Source: Catajapyx aquilonaris (lineage: Eukaryota). From it: a stretch of 64,000 nucleotides of DNA. The stretch is from positions 1 through 64,000 of the forward strand of contig KZ538349.1 in assembly GCA_000934665.2 (NCBI GenBank), in the 5' to 3' direction. Position numbers and translations under genes: made by a program. Shown here in pieces: positions 48,575 through 62,410 of this stretch. The first letter of the stretch is position 1, and the number at the start of each line of letters is the position of its first letter. The notes beneath the pieces are model-generated. The model saw nothing but the letters and a program-made list of their open reading frames with translations. It was not told where the DNA came from and searched no databases.

Positions 48575-49923
48575 GAGTCATTCCATGTCAATCCTGCAAA
48601 TGGTGGTGGCCCTTCCGATATAACTGAAAAAAAATCATGTAGGTTGGGATCCGTACCTTGTTGCGAAATCCTTCATTTCAGGCCCATGGAGTCAAATCTC
48701 GCCGAGATATACTGTAACAATGGAAAGCTCAACAATGACGTCCATATAAAGTATTCTTAACAGTTCATACTGTCCTCCCAACACCAACATGATATATATC
48801 AAATGGAAGGTAATGCAGAGAGGAATAATATGGTTACAAAATATTCGACCTAACTCGTAAAACGACATTGAAAAGAATTCGTAAATATATGTGTAAATCA
48901 CTATATATTCCCGATAGCCGAAACTCGTAACATTCTGATTTTAACAAAGCGATATTTAGGATATAGGGCAATCACCTTTGCCTAAATGCACATGCAAAAC
49001 TTCATTGTGATAGGTCACGCAGGGTTGGAAATAAAAAAATCCCGGAAATAGGAATCACCTCCATTTTGCCGATTTTCGAGCTCAACTTTCTCGTGGTGGG
49101 GCTGAACCAATTATGACTTTTGGTATGTCAATAGATTCCTTGGATATTCCCCTATTCAGAAATGCATAAACCATTCTTTACCCGTGAGCGATAATTATTG
49201 ATAAGACGGATTTTCATACGTATGGGTTCACGATTCCATGCAACGCTTTATGCATCCATACGTTTGAAAATTCACCGATCAATTATCGCTCCAGGATCAA
49301 GAATGGTTTATGCATTTCTGAATCGGGGATGATCCAAGGAATCCATTGACATATCAGAAGTCAAAATCGGTCCAGTCCTACCTCGGGAAATTTGAGCTCG
49401 AAAATCGGCAAAATGCGGTAATTAATATTTTCGGGATTTTTTTTATATTTCCAACCCTGCGTAACCTATCACAATGAAGTTTTTCATGTGCATTTCGGCA
49501 AAGGTGATTGCCCTATATCCTAAATATCCCTTTGTTAAAATCAGAATGTTATGAGTTACGGCTATCGGGAATATATAGTGATTTACACATATATTTACGA
49601 ATTCTTTTCAATGTCGATTTTCGAGTTAGGTCGAATATTTTGTAACCACGTTATTCCTCTCTGCATCACCTCCCATTAATTTTCATATACACTATAACAT
49701 GTTGGTGTTGGGAGAACAGTCTGAACAGTTAAAAATACTTTATATGGACGTCATCGTTGAAATTTCAATTGTTTTATCTCCGTGAGATTTGACTCCAGCT
49801 GCCACTAATTTAGGATTTCGCAATAAGGTGTGGATCCCTACCTACCTGCTTTGTTTCAGTTACATCGGAAGGGGTCGAGCCACAACTTTTCAGAAAATTT
49901 ACAGAATTGGGATGGAATGACCC
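48575..49923. mobile_element. Sola2-like 1.35-kb palindromic element with a 4-bp TSD
   Basis: GAGTCATTCCA...TGGAATGACCC termini. TSD AGCT at 48571-48574 and 49924-49927. Inverted arms of about 650 bp. Confidence 0.85.
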
Positions 49924-50442
49924 AGCTCCATTTGTTGCTCGTAAAATGGAAATACGGTAATCGGTGTCGTGCGTACCCCGCTCAGACATGTCTGGAATCA
50001 CCATTGTGATCCTATCCCATAGGTGCTAAAGATGCCGGATTTTTTCACCATAAACTTACATACTGTATCTTCACAAAAAAGTCAACCGGGGTAAGATCTG
50101 GGCTTCGGGGCGGGGGGGGGGGGGCTAGGCAATCGGAAACTTCTCATTCAAGACGTTGCACACTGGGAGGCTGAACAAATGAAACTTTTTAAAGGAAGGT
50201 TTGTTTCATGTTGACTTTTTTATTTTTTAATTTTTTATTTGAATCCAGAATAATGTGTGTGGTGTAAATATCCGAGATATCCAGCACCTGAGGGATAGGA
50301 TCCCAACGATAATTTCAGATAATTATATGATCAAGAGGGTTTGGCACGACACCCAATACCGCCGAATACCGTATTTTTCATCTGCCGAGCGACAAATGAA
50401 GCTCATATCGAAACAAACGAAGGTGGGAACAAATGTTTAGAC

Positions 50443-50746
50443 CAGAGGTTCCCAAACTGTGCTCCGCGGAGCTTCTCCAAGTGCTCCGCGAAGAGGTTGG
50501 GAAAAAAGGAATTCTTCAATAAGCTATACCCATTCAAATCTCTCAGTAGCTTGTGTGACCTTGAACCCAAAAAAATTTCGCCTGCGGTGCCCTTTCGCCC
50601 TTCACCTTCCCATTTACTAATTTGTCACTGCCCCCCTCTCCGCCCCAGAATTTTTTCCTGCCTACGCGGTTCGATGATGTTAATGCTCCGTCACGAATAT
50701 CTCGCCTGAAAAGTGCTCCGCGACTCAAAAAGTTTGGGAACCTCTG
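50443..50746. mobile_element. hAT (Charlie-like) MITE
   Basis: TIR CAGAGGTTCCCAAACT. Perfect 8-bp TSD GTTTAGAC. Confidence 0.92.
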
Positions 50747-50905
50747 GTTTAGACCATTCTTAGCATTTCATAACTGAAATCATTTAGATATGTCTGCAAG
50801 TTTTCGAGTTATAGGGTTTTAGAATCAGGACATTCTTTTTCGACCACCCTGTATATCTTCAGCTGATGCGTTTCGGCGAAGAGGGTATAGGTCTCGTTTC
50901 ACGTA

Positions 50906-51889
50906 AGGTAAAGTGGGGGAAGTGCACAATCGGGGGAAGTGCGTCTCTGGTTGCTAGCTGGGGATGTGTGAGAGGCATTGCTGCGCCATGTGTCGTCCTA
51001 CTAGTGAATACTATGGTCTTGTAATCTGGCACAAGAGGGCAGGTTTACCTGCCCTTTTTGTCCAGAAGCACATGCTGTTTCGCGAGTTCTGCACTGCCTA
51101 CTCCTGATGTGAGATACCTGCCAGCAACATCTGAGCGAGTTTTTCCGGTAAGTTTCCATCACCCAGTGTCCCTACTACACAGTTGTGGTGGCGTTCAACA
51201 GTATTATATGTATGTACAGTATGAGTGATGGAAGTGGGTAATCATTGAATGTGGCGGGGGGGTATGCACTTCCCCCCGGAAAATGTACGGCTGGGGCAAG
51301 TGCACCTCTGCTGCTTGGGGTAAGTGCACTCATGATGTACCACATAATAATTGAGTTCCTTTTCTGTGTGAATGTTACATTTTACACTTACACTACATTT
51401 ACTTTACATGTTACACTTACTGGCACTAGCTTACTCTGAGCGTTCTGTGTTCCAAAGCAGCAAATGTCAAAATGGGGAGGACTTACTTACTTACTTACTT
51501 ACTTACTTACGCAGTTATACGCAATGAAGTTCGTATCTCCTGAACAAATTGAGATATCATCATTCTGTAAATGGCATGTTTTAGCTCTGATTTTGATTAT
51601 GGCGCACTGCCCCCATCGCAGCAGAAATATAATTGCATGCAGGAATTGGATGGGGGGATGCACTTACCCCGGGTGCCGGGGGAAGTGCACACCTCATGCA
51701 TTGTTCCGCATGATTGTTGCTGCCTTGGAAGCACTTCGTTATGAACCATTCTCCTTCTAACAGTGTCTTAGTAATGGACAGGAGTAACTGCAGGCAAAAT
51801 TTCATTCAGATACAAGGAACAGGTGGGATGCGATAGATGATTTAAAGTGATCTATTACAAAACAGGGGTGCACTTCCCCCACTTTACCT
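50906..51889. mobile_element. TA-flanked TIR element (pogo/Tc1-mariner-like)
   Basis: TIR AGGTAAAGTGGGGGAAGTGCAC. Internal GGGG(G/C/T)AAGTGCAC repeats at ~51265-51330 and ~51660-51690. Confidence 0.85.
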
Positions 51890-52793
51890 TATTTATTATC
51901 TGAAAATCTTGCCTGTGTCGAGTGCCATATTTATCTCAACGAACGTACCGTAATTCAAATTGTAGGCAATTTCCAAGCAGCTCTCTGATTGAATTAGTGG
52001 TGGAAATTCCTCTGATTATACAGTACACGATTTGTGGAGTCGATGGTACTGGACCATATGGCGACTATATAGTCACATACAGTAGATGTATGTATGATGT
52101 AGAAAGATTGGCGGGTAATAGGGACGTTTTCTAGTGGCTCATACACAACAGTAGCCTATCGTAGCCCATGTAAGCTGCAAAGTGAATGCAAGTGTGATGG
52201 TTGGATAGAGGAAAAGAGCAATAAGCAATGCAGGTCACACACCCCCAGCCAGCAGAGCCGTTCCAATAGCAGCAGCAGTAGCGTTACGTGTCTGCACAAA
52301 TTCGCAGCTCGAGAGAGCAATTAGCGTCGAGTCTTGCTCGCCATGTTGTAGGTCCCAAGGAAGTACTCATTGTGAATACGACTCGGTATTGCTCCATCGC
52401 CTTCTTCCAATGTATCCCCAACGCAGCAGCTCCCCACCTCAAGTGCATCTATTCGGCCCGAATGTCCCCAAGGATCGGACCTTAATCGAAAACATCCACC
52501 TCTACTGTGTCTTATTCCGCAATTGCTACCGGCGCCCCAGGCGCATCCTCCGGGAGGTCAACTTTTTGCACTCACTCACTCTCACTCGCTCGCTACCTTA
52601 TACCTAACCAGTATGCGCAACTGGGCTCTATGGATTTTTTATTTTTATTTTTACTTTTATTTTTATTTTTTAACCTTCACCGTACACATTTCGTACTTGA
52701 AACACACACCACCTCTATTCATTATACCATCCAACAGGTTTTGGTCGTCAATTATTATCAATGCAAAACTGTATAACTATCAATCAGTCCCTG

Positions 52794-52843
<50 letters not shown>

Positions 52844-53364
52844 CAACACGGCAGGATGAGGGTAAAGGGCAACGTCAAAACGAAAGGTACGTGTCGCATA
52901 AGCTGCGCGTTTAATCCTGCAAATGTGGTCTTAATCCTCTGAATAAGGCAACCCCTGAAGAGCATTCGAACTCGGGGACCTCCCAACTTAATATTCCAAA
53001 TGGGTTCCTGCCGCGAAAGAGCTGTTCTGTTCATTGTCCTGGAAGTTTACCTAAAGGAAACTTTCCAGTTTTTCCCTCCTACCTCTTTCCTACTAGGTCT
53101 GTCTGTACACATCTGCTTTTATTTATTCTGCACCGACCAATCGCCTTTGGAGAGTTTATCCTCTCCCTTCTACCTGCCCGTGCGAATATCTCCTAGCTTT
53201 TCCTTTGTCACATTAGGTTGGCCGATTGCTCCAGTCTAGAAAAACCCATTACTGTACTAATTGTTCACTCGGATAACTCATAGCTTGAAAGAGGCGACAT
53301 TATAGGGCCGACGAGAAGGCAGACTATAGACTCATTGACGAGATATACTATAATTATCTGAAAA

Positions 53365-53375
53365 GGCAGGCAGGT

Positions 53376-53422
<47 letters not shown>

Positions 53423-53424
53423 CA
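53365..53424. repeat. (GGCA)n microsatellite
   Basis: About 15 units; another array at 60067-60110. Confidence 0.95.
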
Positions 53425-54438
53425 TTCATCAAACCAGCCAGGGATAGAGTTGGAGAGTATGAAATGTAGGTCTGAATGCCAAGTTTTGAAATAGTGAGAA
53501 ACTGTATGGAATGGCGGATCCAGGGAAAAAATGAAAACAATCGCGTGTCGTTTGGTAGGCGGGGGAATGGAGGCCAAGGAATTCAGTTAGGTAGGAGGCT
53601 CATCTGCTGACGACACATGCAAGTCACGGAAATTTCTGGCCTCCAACTTTTGTCAGCATTCTTTGCTCTAAATCAGAGCTGCCGGCCTCTGTCTTGCCGT
53701 GATAGTCAAACAGAAACGACGAGACCAACCATACTACGCTCCCAAAATTAACCCACTTTTGTCAAACAATGTGACCTCGTGACACCCTTTTTCGCGCCAC
53801 TCCCTGACTCCTCTCCACTCCTATAATTATATGGTTACACATTTACTCTGCACACTTGATTGGCTTTCAATGGGCATTTCATAATTATGTCAGACATTTT
53901 TTGCGTGTCAGCCTAAACAAAAGGGCCCGCTTATACAACCAAAAGAATTCTAAACAGACCATATTTCATTCCCAGTGGAACTTCCCTACGCCATCATTTT
54001 CCATATACCGTATAGTATACTGTATTTTTTTCTAAAAAAACAAAAAACAAAAAACAAAAAACTAGTACAATATGGAGCAAACAGTTCGTATGCATTCAGT
54101 ACCCTGCCCAGTGTATTATTTTACGTCAGGGTGCAAGAAATTGCTTTATGAAGCCCCAACGAGAGCTCCTTTTGACTCTTTTCTTCTGCAATTTTGATCC
54201 TTTTAGGAAATCCCGTGGATCTATATATTTCCCCAATCGTTATAGGCACCGGTGTTAAGGGCCAGAGGCTTTTAACCAGACACGGGGCTGTAGAAAGGAA
54301 ATAGGATATATTCGACCAATTTCATCCGGTGGGGAAACCGGACAAAAGTGTAGCAGGCAAAGGAAAATAAGAATCCCACTGGCCGGGAATTACCACTTGA
54401 TGAGTATAGCAGACTACAGTATATGACTGTGGTCGAGC

Positions 54439-54488
54439 GTACGGAGGGATTAAGAGCTCTTATGGGCTAGTTAATCCGCCTTAAAACC
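54439..54488 (+). mobile_element. 50-bp retroposed 3' tail (extreme 5' truncation) with TSD
   Basis: Hairpin GGATTAA-GAGCTCTTATGGGCT-AG-TTAATCC, then TTAAAACC. Flanked by ATATGAC(CC)TGTGGTCGAGC at 54421-54438 and 54489-54508. Confidence 0.65.
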
Positions 54489-56163
54489 ATATGACCCTGT
54501 GGTCGAGCTTTCAATTTTTATACTAAGTAGCTACTCATAATATATTCAATCATAAATCCCAACCGAGCACTAGAATCAGTTGTTATTGTTAATGGCTGTG
54601 GGTGGTAGTTGTGTCGTTGCAGTTGCATTCATTTCATCTACAGATGGGTTACTCCATTTTAATCAACTTCAGACTTTTTCCCGCCGTCAACTTTGTTGCC
54701 CTTGTTATTGTGACTTGCTTAGGGCAGGTTGTGTGAACATGAGTTAAGGTTAACTACGGTACGGAATTATATCTTGTTTCCATATAAACTAACTCCGTAG
54801 TTAACGTTAACTCAACCGGCCCTTGGCAATCACAACAATGGTGGCCATGAGACCCAACTTTCCAATATCAGAGCCTATAACCTCAGTCCTCATCTGCAAA
54901 TTTTTATACTGTATACAGTGTATAGGCCTATATAATATTATCAACAGTCATCTCCCAACTACAGCATCCCATCCTATCGCTGTGTTCATAACTTCCCTTT
55001 AATTACTCCATGTTTTTTCGAATCAACTCACTATGGAAACCGTATGCATAAAATTTCGGATCTATAGGCAAATAAGCTGGCGCAGTGTGAATAAAATCGT
55101 TTGGAATGGCAAATACGGCATAAAAAAATTTCCCCTGCTCCGAATTATTTTCTTCGCGATGAAACAGCATAATTTGCCAACCAAATGAAATTACGTACAT
55201 ACACCAGGAAATACAGGGTTTTCCCATCGAAAATAAATTAGCGGTTAGGAATTTTTCAAACAAAGCTGGTTACATTGAAGCAGTACTTTGGGGTCGTCAC
55301 TTTTGACGTTATCTAAATGATAACCTGTTAATATTAGGCCGAATTGACTCATCTATCCAACCACTTACATTGAAGTGAATTTTATATTGCTAATGGTCCA
55401 GTGGAACAATTGGCATCTAACTTCAACGATAGAACCTGTTTTTTGCAGGCCACATGCCCTTGAAAGCATTTCAAATGATGGAGCCACGTATCCTAATATT
55501 AGTAGCTAATACTATTGAGCATCACTTGGAGTAACTATTCCCAAGTACAGTCTGCTTAATGTAGCTTAACAACGTAACTGCTTATGGCCAAATATCGCTA
55601 ACCACTAATATAATTTTAATCGGAACACCTGAATATTTATGCGAGTTTTCAGTGCAAGCAGGCCTACGTGTATGTTCCTCGCAACCTACAGACTCTATTT
55701 TACTCCCATGTTCTCGCATACAATAATTATAGAATATCATACCACAGTAATTTATTGAATTCAACAACTGACACCGTTATGAAATTCTAGACCTACCTAC
55801 AGAGTACGCAGTCACACATGATCTCATCCCATCTTCATCTTCATCAATTACTGCAGCCAATTATAAACATATGTATACTATTCCCAAATAATATATGGTG
55901 GTGGCAAAATATTTAGGCCCAGTTATGTAAGGAAAATTAGGAGGAAAAATTTCAGATTATGTCGGATGACATATTGTCAAGCCCAATACTTAATTGGAGA
56001 TTTGGCATAATATACCAGCCCTTAGTCTGGCAAAATATCGTACACCATGGTAAGAGCCTAATTTCTGCGCATTTCCTATTTGTTATAAAACAAACCGAAA
56101 GAGAGACTTTGTTTTGAGCAAATAGTACTGTACAGTAATTTGTTTCACTACTATAGCCTATAG

Positions 56164-56971
56164 CAGGGATATTCAACTGGCCGCCCGCGGTCCGGATCCG
56201 GACCGCGACGTAATTTTGTCCGGACCGCGACGATATACAGGACTGTTGGAAATGGCATTAGAAAGTACTAATTCATGTTTTTCTTGGAAAAAGTGCTACC
56301 AATTGAAGGGGTTAGTGCCATAACGTGCTAAGCCACACTTTTGTGTTTTTTGAGCTTGCACGTGTCTGAAAGTCCCACCATCGTGCTTCACAAGTGGGCA
56401 TCACGTAGTTAGAAAAATTCCCCATAGATCACGAGAAAATCACGAATAATGTTCCTTGTTTTGTATGATTTGCCATATTAAGCCAAACTTTTGAAAGCCC
56501 ATATCTCAGAATGAAGGTTTTGTGGCTTAGCACGTTATGGCACTAACCCATTCAATTTTATCAAATACACACCCATTCAAATCTCCCACTTTCACCTAAG
56601 CTCGTGTGACCTTCTACCCCCCAAAAAAATTTCGCCTGCGGCGGGCTTGCTCCCCGCCCTTTACGGCTTGTTCCCCTTGTGCTTATGAAATGAGGCCCCC
56701 TCCGAAATTTTCTGCCTTCGCGCCTGTACAGGACATCATAAAGAGCGAAAATGTCTTAATATGTCCTGTCTTGATAGACCCTTCTACCCTTGCTGCACAT
56801 GTTTCTATTTTCAAAAATGAGCCCTGTGGTACCATATAAAAATATAAAATCCATATCTTTACCCGGGGGGGGGGGGGGNNNNNNNNNNCCCGGGGGGGGG
56901 GGGGTCCGGACCTTCAATGGTCTAGGAAAGGTAAATACTGGACCTTGTCATAAACTAGATGAATACCCCTG
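56164..56971. mobile_element. hAT-like MITE
   Basis: CAGGGATATTCA...TGAATACCCCTG. Perfect 8-bp TSD GCCTATAG. Subterminal CCGGACC repeats. Confidence 0.88.
56305..56553. mobile_element. Sola1-like MITE (AATT TSD) nested in the hAT MITE
   Basis: TIR GAAGGGGTTAGTGCCATAACGTGCTAAGCCAC. AATT on both sides. Confidence 0.8.
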
Positions 56972-57321
56972 GCCTATAGTAACATGCGGCTATACAGTAC
57001 TAAGGCTTTTTAATATACAGCGTGTTCCCGAATTCGTCTGCCAAAATGATACGGGTGGTAGAGGCATGGCATGGGTCCGAAAGGCCGTCGAAGTTACGTC
57101 TTCGATAGGTCGACCTTTGACGTCGACGACGCCTATCCTTACAAGTGTGGATACCCCCGCGCATTCCTCACTGCTGGTTGCCGGGGCCAGGGGCTCGCAC
57201 TCCCACACCGTTGATCAACCGGCCGATTCCGGCAACCAGCAATGCAGGCATGTACATGTACTTGTCAGGATATACATCGTCGTCGCCGGCCGTTATTAGC
57301 TGCCAATAATAGGATGAATTG

Positions 57322-57618
57322 GGGGAGACGGAGTGGCGCTGCGGCAACGTAAGCTCCCACGGATGTTAAAGTTCCGGGTTCTAACCCAACCCGGGGATAC
57401 CCCCTTCATCTTATGCAGAGTTCTCGGGTCGTCTCTGGCTTCGTTTCGGGTGATATTTCCGACAGACTAAGTCACCCAGGGGAGCTCACAAAATGACCGT
57501 CTTAGTCGATGCACTGCACCTTGCCCTAAGTTTCTATCGGACTTTAATCGATGGCGTATAGGAGCAATGGCTCTCCCGGAATACCCCGTAGGGGTGGCAA
57601 GGGGTATTACAAATAAAA
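57322..57618 (+). mobile_element. SINE family D with a fourth tail type
   Basis: D head and core. TSD AGGATGAATTG at 57311-57321 and 57619-57629. Confidence 0.88.
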
Positions 57619-57848
57619 AGGATGAATTGAATAATGTATCCAAGATGTGAATTGAAAATAATGTACAGCATTTCCGATTGGAAGTGGCCGACTGGACTGA
57701 TCGGCATCGAACGTCAATGATAGAAGGCATTTTTGCAGGAGTTGAAAGATAATATTATGTTCATACAACCTAATATCAAAATTCATACTCACGATAACCA
57801 CTAAAATAACTACTCAGAACTGCCTAAAATTAACATTGTTAACTACTG

Positions 57849-58131
57849 AAGGGGAGCATGGTGGTCTAGTGGCTATGCTACTGGCCAGCCAAGCGGGAGG
57901 TTCGGGGTTCAAATCCCGTCCCCGTCACCTCTGCTTGGTCTGGTATTTTTCCGCTTTTCACCCGACATGTCCGGGCAGAATTGCACTCCCTTCTCTGCTC
58001 AGGGCCAAGAGAAAAGGTCAGGTATTTAAGAGGGTCAGAAATGACTACTTAGAGCGCCCTCCCTTGGGAACCTCCCCTTCCCCCCTAAGAGGGCCCTGGC
58101 CCCATCACGGGGTATTAAAAACAAAACAAAC
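57849..58131 (+). mobile_element. tRNA-derived SINE family E (single copy)
   Basis: A box TGGTCTAGTGG, B box GGTTCAAATCC, shared tail CCCCTAAGAGGGCC..GGCCCCATCACGGGGT. 17-bp TSD AACATTGTTAACTACTG. Confidence 0.88.
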
Positions 58132-60064
58132 AAACATTGTTAACTACTGCGAGCATTCAGTTTGAACACCCTGCATATTATTGAAGGCTGTGCATAAATC
58201 ACCACCTCCACTACCTCGTCCATCACTGAGAGTATGACAACTTGAAGGGTTCTTGTACATATTGCTATGATCTAAGAGGATTATGGAAAGTATCAGGGGC
58301 TGATAATCTGATTATTCTCTTGCACAATAATGTCGCTATATTCAAAGGATGTAGCTTTCAGCTTTCATAAATTCAACACTGGCAACAAAAAACGTTCGTG
58401 TCTTCAGAGTACGAACGGAGGATTTTTGTTTTGTTTACAGATGCAGCACATCGCACCCAAAATCATCATCAGAGACCTAACGTTGGACACACATGCAACC
58501 TATCCGCAAAGTTTCAGTCAAATAAGTCCAGGCATACCAGAAATGCACATTTAAATATTGAACACCTTTTGTGTGCATGTGACACCAGGTTTGCCGAGGT
58601 TTGCGACGTATATATACGAGTACATAGGTGAGAGACGATCATCTATGAACCGATCATCTTGTCCCGGTTCGGGCTTCCGCTGTCCAGTGCAGCGAGGAGA
58701 AAGCACCCATTCTCTTTCAATACTATCCACTTGGTTAGTGGCCGATGTATGTAGTATTGGACTTGTTCGTATGCACTACCCACTAAGTCAGTGCCCGTCG
58801 TATAGTGGTTGGGTTGACCCTTTACTATAGTTATCATTTTTCGTCCGTTGATCCGAGTGGCGCACCCTGTGCTGGCCCAGACAACGGGCGTACTGTACTG
58901 GCCAGGGTGGTATATAATCTAGACGACACGACGGACGCACCCTGCTGTGCTAGCCCGGTTATCGGTCAATGATGGGCTGAATACTATAGTGAGATCGGAG
59001 GCCATCGCCTCAATAACAACACTTGGTTAACAGTAGTTTATATGCATTGGTACCCAAGGAGTGTGTTCAGGTTTTAGGTCTGAGGAGAGCTCTTACTCGA
59101 CCTAGGCCAAACACAGACTGATCGGCCGTCCCAGACGCACCCCATTTTATACTCGGAGTTTGTTTATTTATATATCGCGTTTACATGGTCACTATTACGT
59201 CACAAAGCAACTTTAAACCAATCACAATAGAGTAACAATCAATGTTACTTAAAAATAATGAAGTAACAATGGCTCGATGGAACACACAATTACAATTCAA
59301 GAATCCAGCAATGTACGTATATACTACCGGCATTTTAAAATGTTCCAGAGTGGTACGTAGTTGCAACAAATGACCTCTAATGACCTATAGCTCCTATACA
59401 CAGGCGAATGATTATTTTCCCAAGTAGGCGGAACAGGGTCAATTTCCACATCTTTATTAATCAAGCAACATGTGATGTCGTCGTCGTCGTCGTCGTCGTC
59501 GTCCCTTATAGTGGCGATCGGGCCTTGGGCTTTCATATCGGCAAGGTGAATCACCTGCAAGTCCACATGGTTGTAGCGCGTTTGCATAGATTTGCATGTA
59601 GAACACACTGCACTGTATTCCACCACTTTTTTCCTTCCTTTTTTTCACAGGCGTGGCTCGTTTTAATGAATCCGGGCGGAAAAAAAGAAGAATGCTACAG
59701 ACTGAATAAATGCAACGCAGTAGTCAGCAAATCGGATAACATTGGGTTAGGTCCCGGATTTTTTGTCTACCCAATGAAATTTCAAAGTTGCCAACAAATT
59801 TAATTCAATGGTCCCTAAGGCACTAAATATTTATGACGGGCTTAGAGCATCAAAGGGCCAGGTTTTTTCTTCTTCCCACCGCACTGTGAATATTGAACCT
59901 CCTTTCCGACATAGACAATAGGTGTTATCCATTTCCCTCCATTCATATGGCCTTTTGCGTTTCAATAGGTAGGAACAAAAGTAGGTTATCGGGCACACGC
60001 ATAAAAATCTTTTACACCCAGCTAAGCTCCTACGAAAACCATTTGTTACGTTATCATTCAGTCT

Positions 60065-60108
<44 letters not shown>

Positions 60109-61058
60109 CACTGGCTGAGTGTATCTTTGCAACAATATTCTCCGGCTATGCCATTCTTAAATCCATTCTTGTGGGGGAAATTCCCATTAGCAGCCAGGTA
60201 GTTTGCACGTAATAAACGTGGTCTCCAGTACTTGAGATGGCAACAATAGTGTTCCTACCTTCATACCCTCCTTGCTTCAATGGCCACACAGCGCAGGCTT
60301 ACAAATTGCGTGCTTCCTAATATCGCTGCAGAGAAAAGTTGATGAAATTTGCAAGGTCGCGCAAAGGATTAACTGGATCTAATTCCGCACACAGAACCGA
60401 TCCTGGGGAGAACATGACGTGTTTCAACTTTTTTCCCAAATCGCAAGAGCTTAATGTCGCACGTACTATTTAATGAGCATAATGACACAAGGATAACTGC
60501 TTAACACGTGCATAATTACACGAGCGGTCGTAACAAAAGTAATGAGCAGGTAGGTAATCAACAAGCACTTTCGACACACGCACGTTACCATAAACTTTAT
60601 CTACGCCAAGTAATGGTTATTAGGCCTACTCTGTCTGTATTTTTTATCCTGGTCGAGATGGATTTGAAATCAAAGTAGCGAATCAAAATCGGGAGTCCTT
60701 TTCGATGCCTGTGACATACCTGTACGTAGTTTTACGTAGATGAATATATTTCATACTGTCGTGACATCTGATGCCAGTTACAAATATTTACCGTTAAGAG
60801 ATCTGCCTTTCCAGCGACCGCTGTCATATTCACAGTTGTTCATTAAGAAAAAGAAAATATACAGGCCTATATAACCTTCCCATACACATATTATTTTAAA
60901 TGTTACTATTCCTTCGACAGCTTACGTCCTATATGCTATGAGAAGAATTTAGTGACACCCTCATGCCCAATCGATTTAATTCGGAGCAACAAAAAATTCA
61001 TATTCATTGGAGAAAGTAAGTGACACTCGGAAGAGTGGGATAAATCTCGTGGTTACTA

Positions 61059-61556
61059 CAGTTGACTTCGGATATAACAGACTTCAAGAGACCGCAGAAA
61101 AAGTCTGTTATAACCGAGGTCTGTTAGTCGAATCGCCTTTTTTGCAACAAATACACAAGTTTTCTGCTCTCGATGTGCTTATAATGATGCATTCATTAAT
61201 GAAACTATCTACAAAAATGCAAATTAGCTCACCCGTAAATTAGGCAGGACCAAAAAAAATCGTATTTTCTTTTGCCGTCCCCTTGTTGCCTAATATACCA
61301 GAAAAAGTATTATTTTCGGTAGCTTAGATCATTGACAGATGCGAAAATCACCCCGCTCCAGTATTCGCTGCCTCCCTGCCCGTGGGAAAGGAAGTAGATT
61401 AATCAAAAATAGCGTATTTTCCCAACAAGAGGCCAAAAAAATTGTTCGTTATAGCCGAGGTAGGGCGAAATGATTCAGGAGTAAAAATACACAGGGGCTT
61501 ATGGAAGTATGACGGAAGTCTGTTATAGCCGAGGCTGTTATATCCGGAGTCAACTG
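61059..61556. mobile_element. pogo/Tigger-like MITE
   Basis: TA-CAGTTGACTTCGGATATAACAG...CTGTTATATCCGGAGTCAACTG-TA. Internal GTTATA(A/G)CCGAGG repeats. Confidence 0.85.
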
Positions 61557-62186
61557 TATATACTTTTATTCTCGGGATACTGTCCGCTTTGAGTAATTCC
61601 TGCGCGTAAAATTTTTAAAATCTTAGAATGAGCAAGTTGGCTTTTTATCCTTAAAAATACTCCTAAAAAGTAGCTCGCATCATGTACTCAGGGGGTTCAG
61701 AACCTCGAGTTTCAAATAGTTTTTTAAATGTATACTACGCAACTCGAATGGGAAGCATTCGTATCCAGTGGTGGAAATTATGGAGAAGCACAAGTATCAC
61801 CTCCTGGCGGAGTTTTTTCTTTACCTTTACATGAAGCTGCTTCATTTTTGGGGCAATTTGGTCTTATATTAGTCTTATTATTTCCATTTAGTAATATAAG
61901 ACCAAATTGGCCCAATTTGTCACGATTCAGCATAGACGCCTCAATTGATAAACATTGCCATTATCAAAAATGTCTAGTTTTATGCCAATGATATGCCAAT
62001 ACACTACTCCAGGAGACTCCAGTATAGTGAAACACAAAACACAATAGTAATGCAGACCCCCATTTTAACCATTCACACGATATCACATTAACACAAGAGG
62101 AATGCACGCTTCTAGGAAAATCCATTGTTTCTAGTGCTACGAAAGTCAATACTCGGGCACGTAACAACATCATAGTCCCAATTATA

Positions 62187-62410
62187 CAGGATGTTCCAAG
62201 TTCGTGGGTCGTTTTTAGTTATCGCTAAAATCGCCCCAAGTAGTTATTTTTGTGAGCTTGTTGTGCCCCGATCCAGTTGCCTCAGTACTATCCGGTGGTC
62301 GAATGTATTGCAGACGCACCTGGTTAGGGGCGCAACAAACTACAAAAAAATAACCGCTTGGAGCGAAATTTCCTGCAACTGAAAACGACCAACGAACCTG
62401 GAACACCCTG
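62187..62410. mobile_element. Tc1/mariner-type MITE related to 38947
   Basis: TA-CAGGATGTTCCAAGTTCGT...ACGAACCTGGAACACCCTG-TA. Confidence 0.8.

Larger units (their letters stand above)
48490..50851. mobile_element. Fold-back element made of two inverted 3' ends of a Tc1/mariner transposase gene
   Basis: Minus strand 49925-50115 reads PRSPDLTPVDFF...LWDRI...YRISILRATNGA. Plus strand 50250-50412 reads IRDIQHLRDRI...KRVWHDTQYR...ICRATNEAHIE. Right end CACCCTG-TA. The left arm continues at 48500-48570. Confidence 0.75.

Noticed and set aside
52340..52630. Open Pro/Ser-rich frame, possible exon
   Set aside because: It runs into low-complexity sequence, has no clear splice donor, and shows no recognisable homology.
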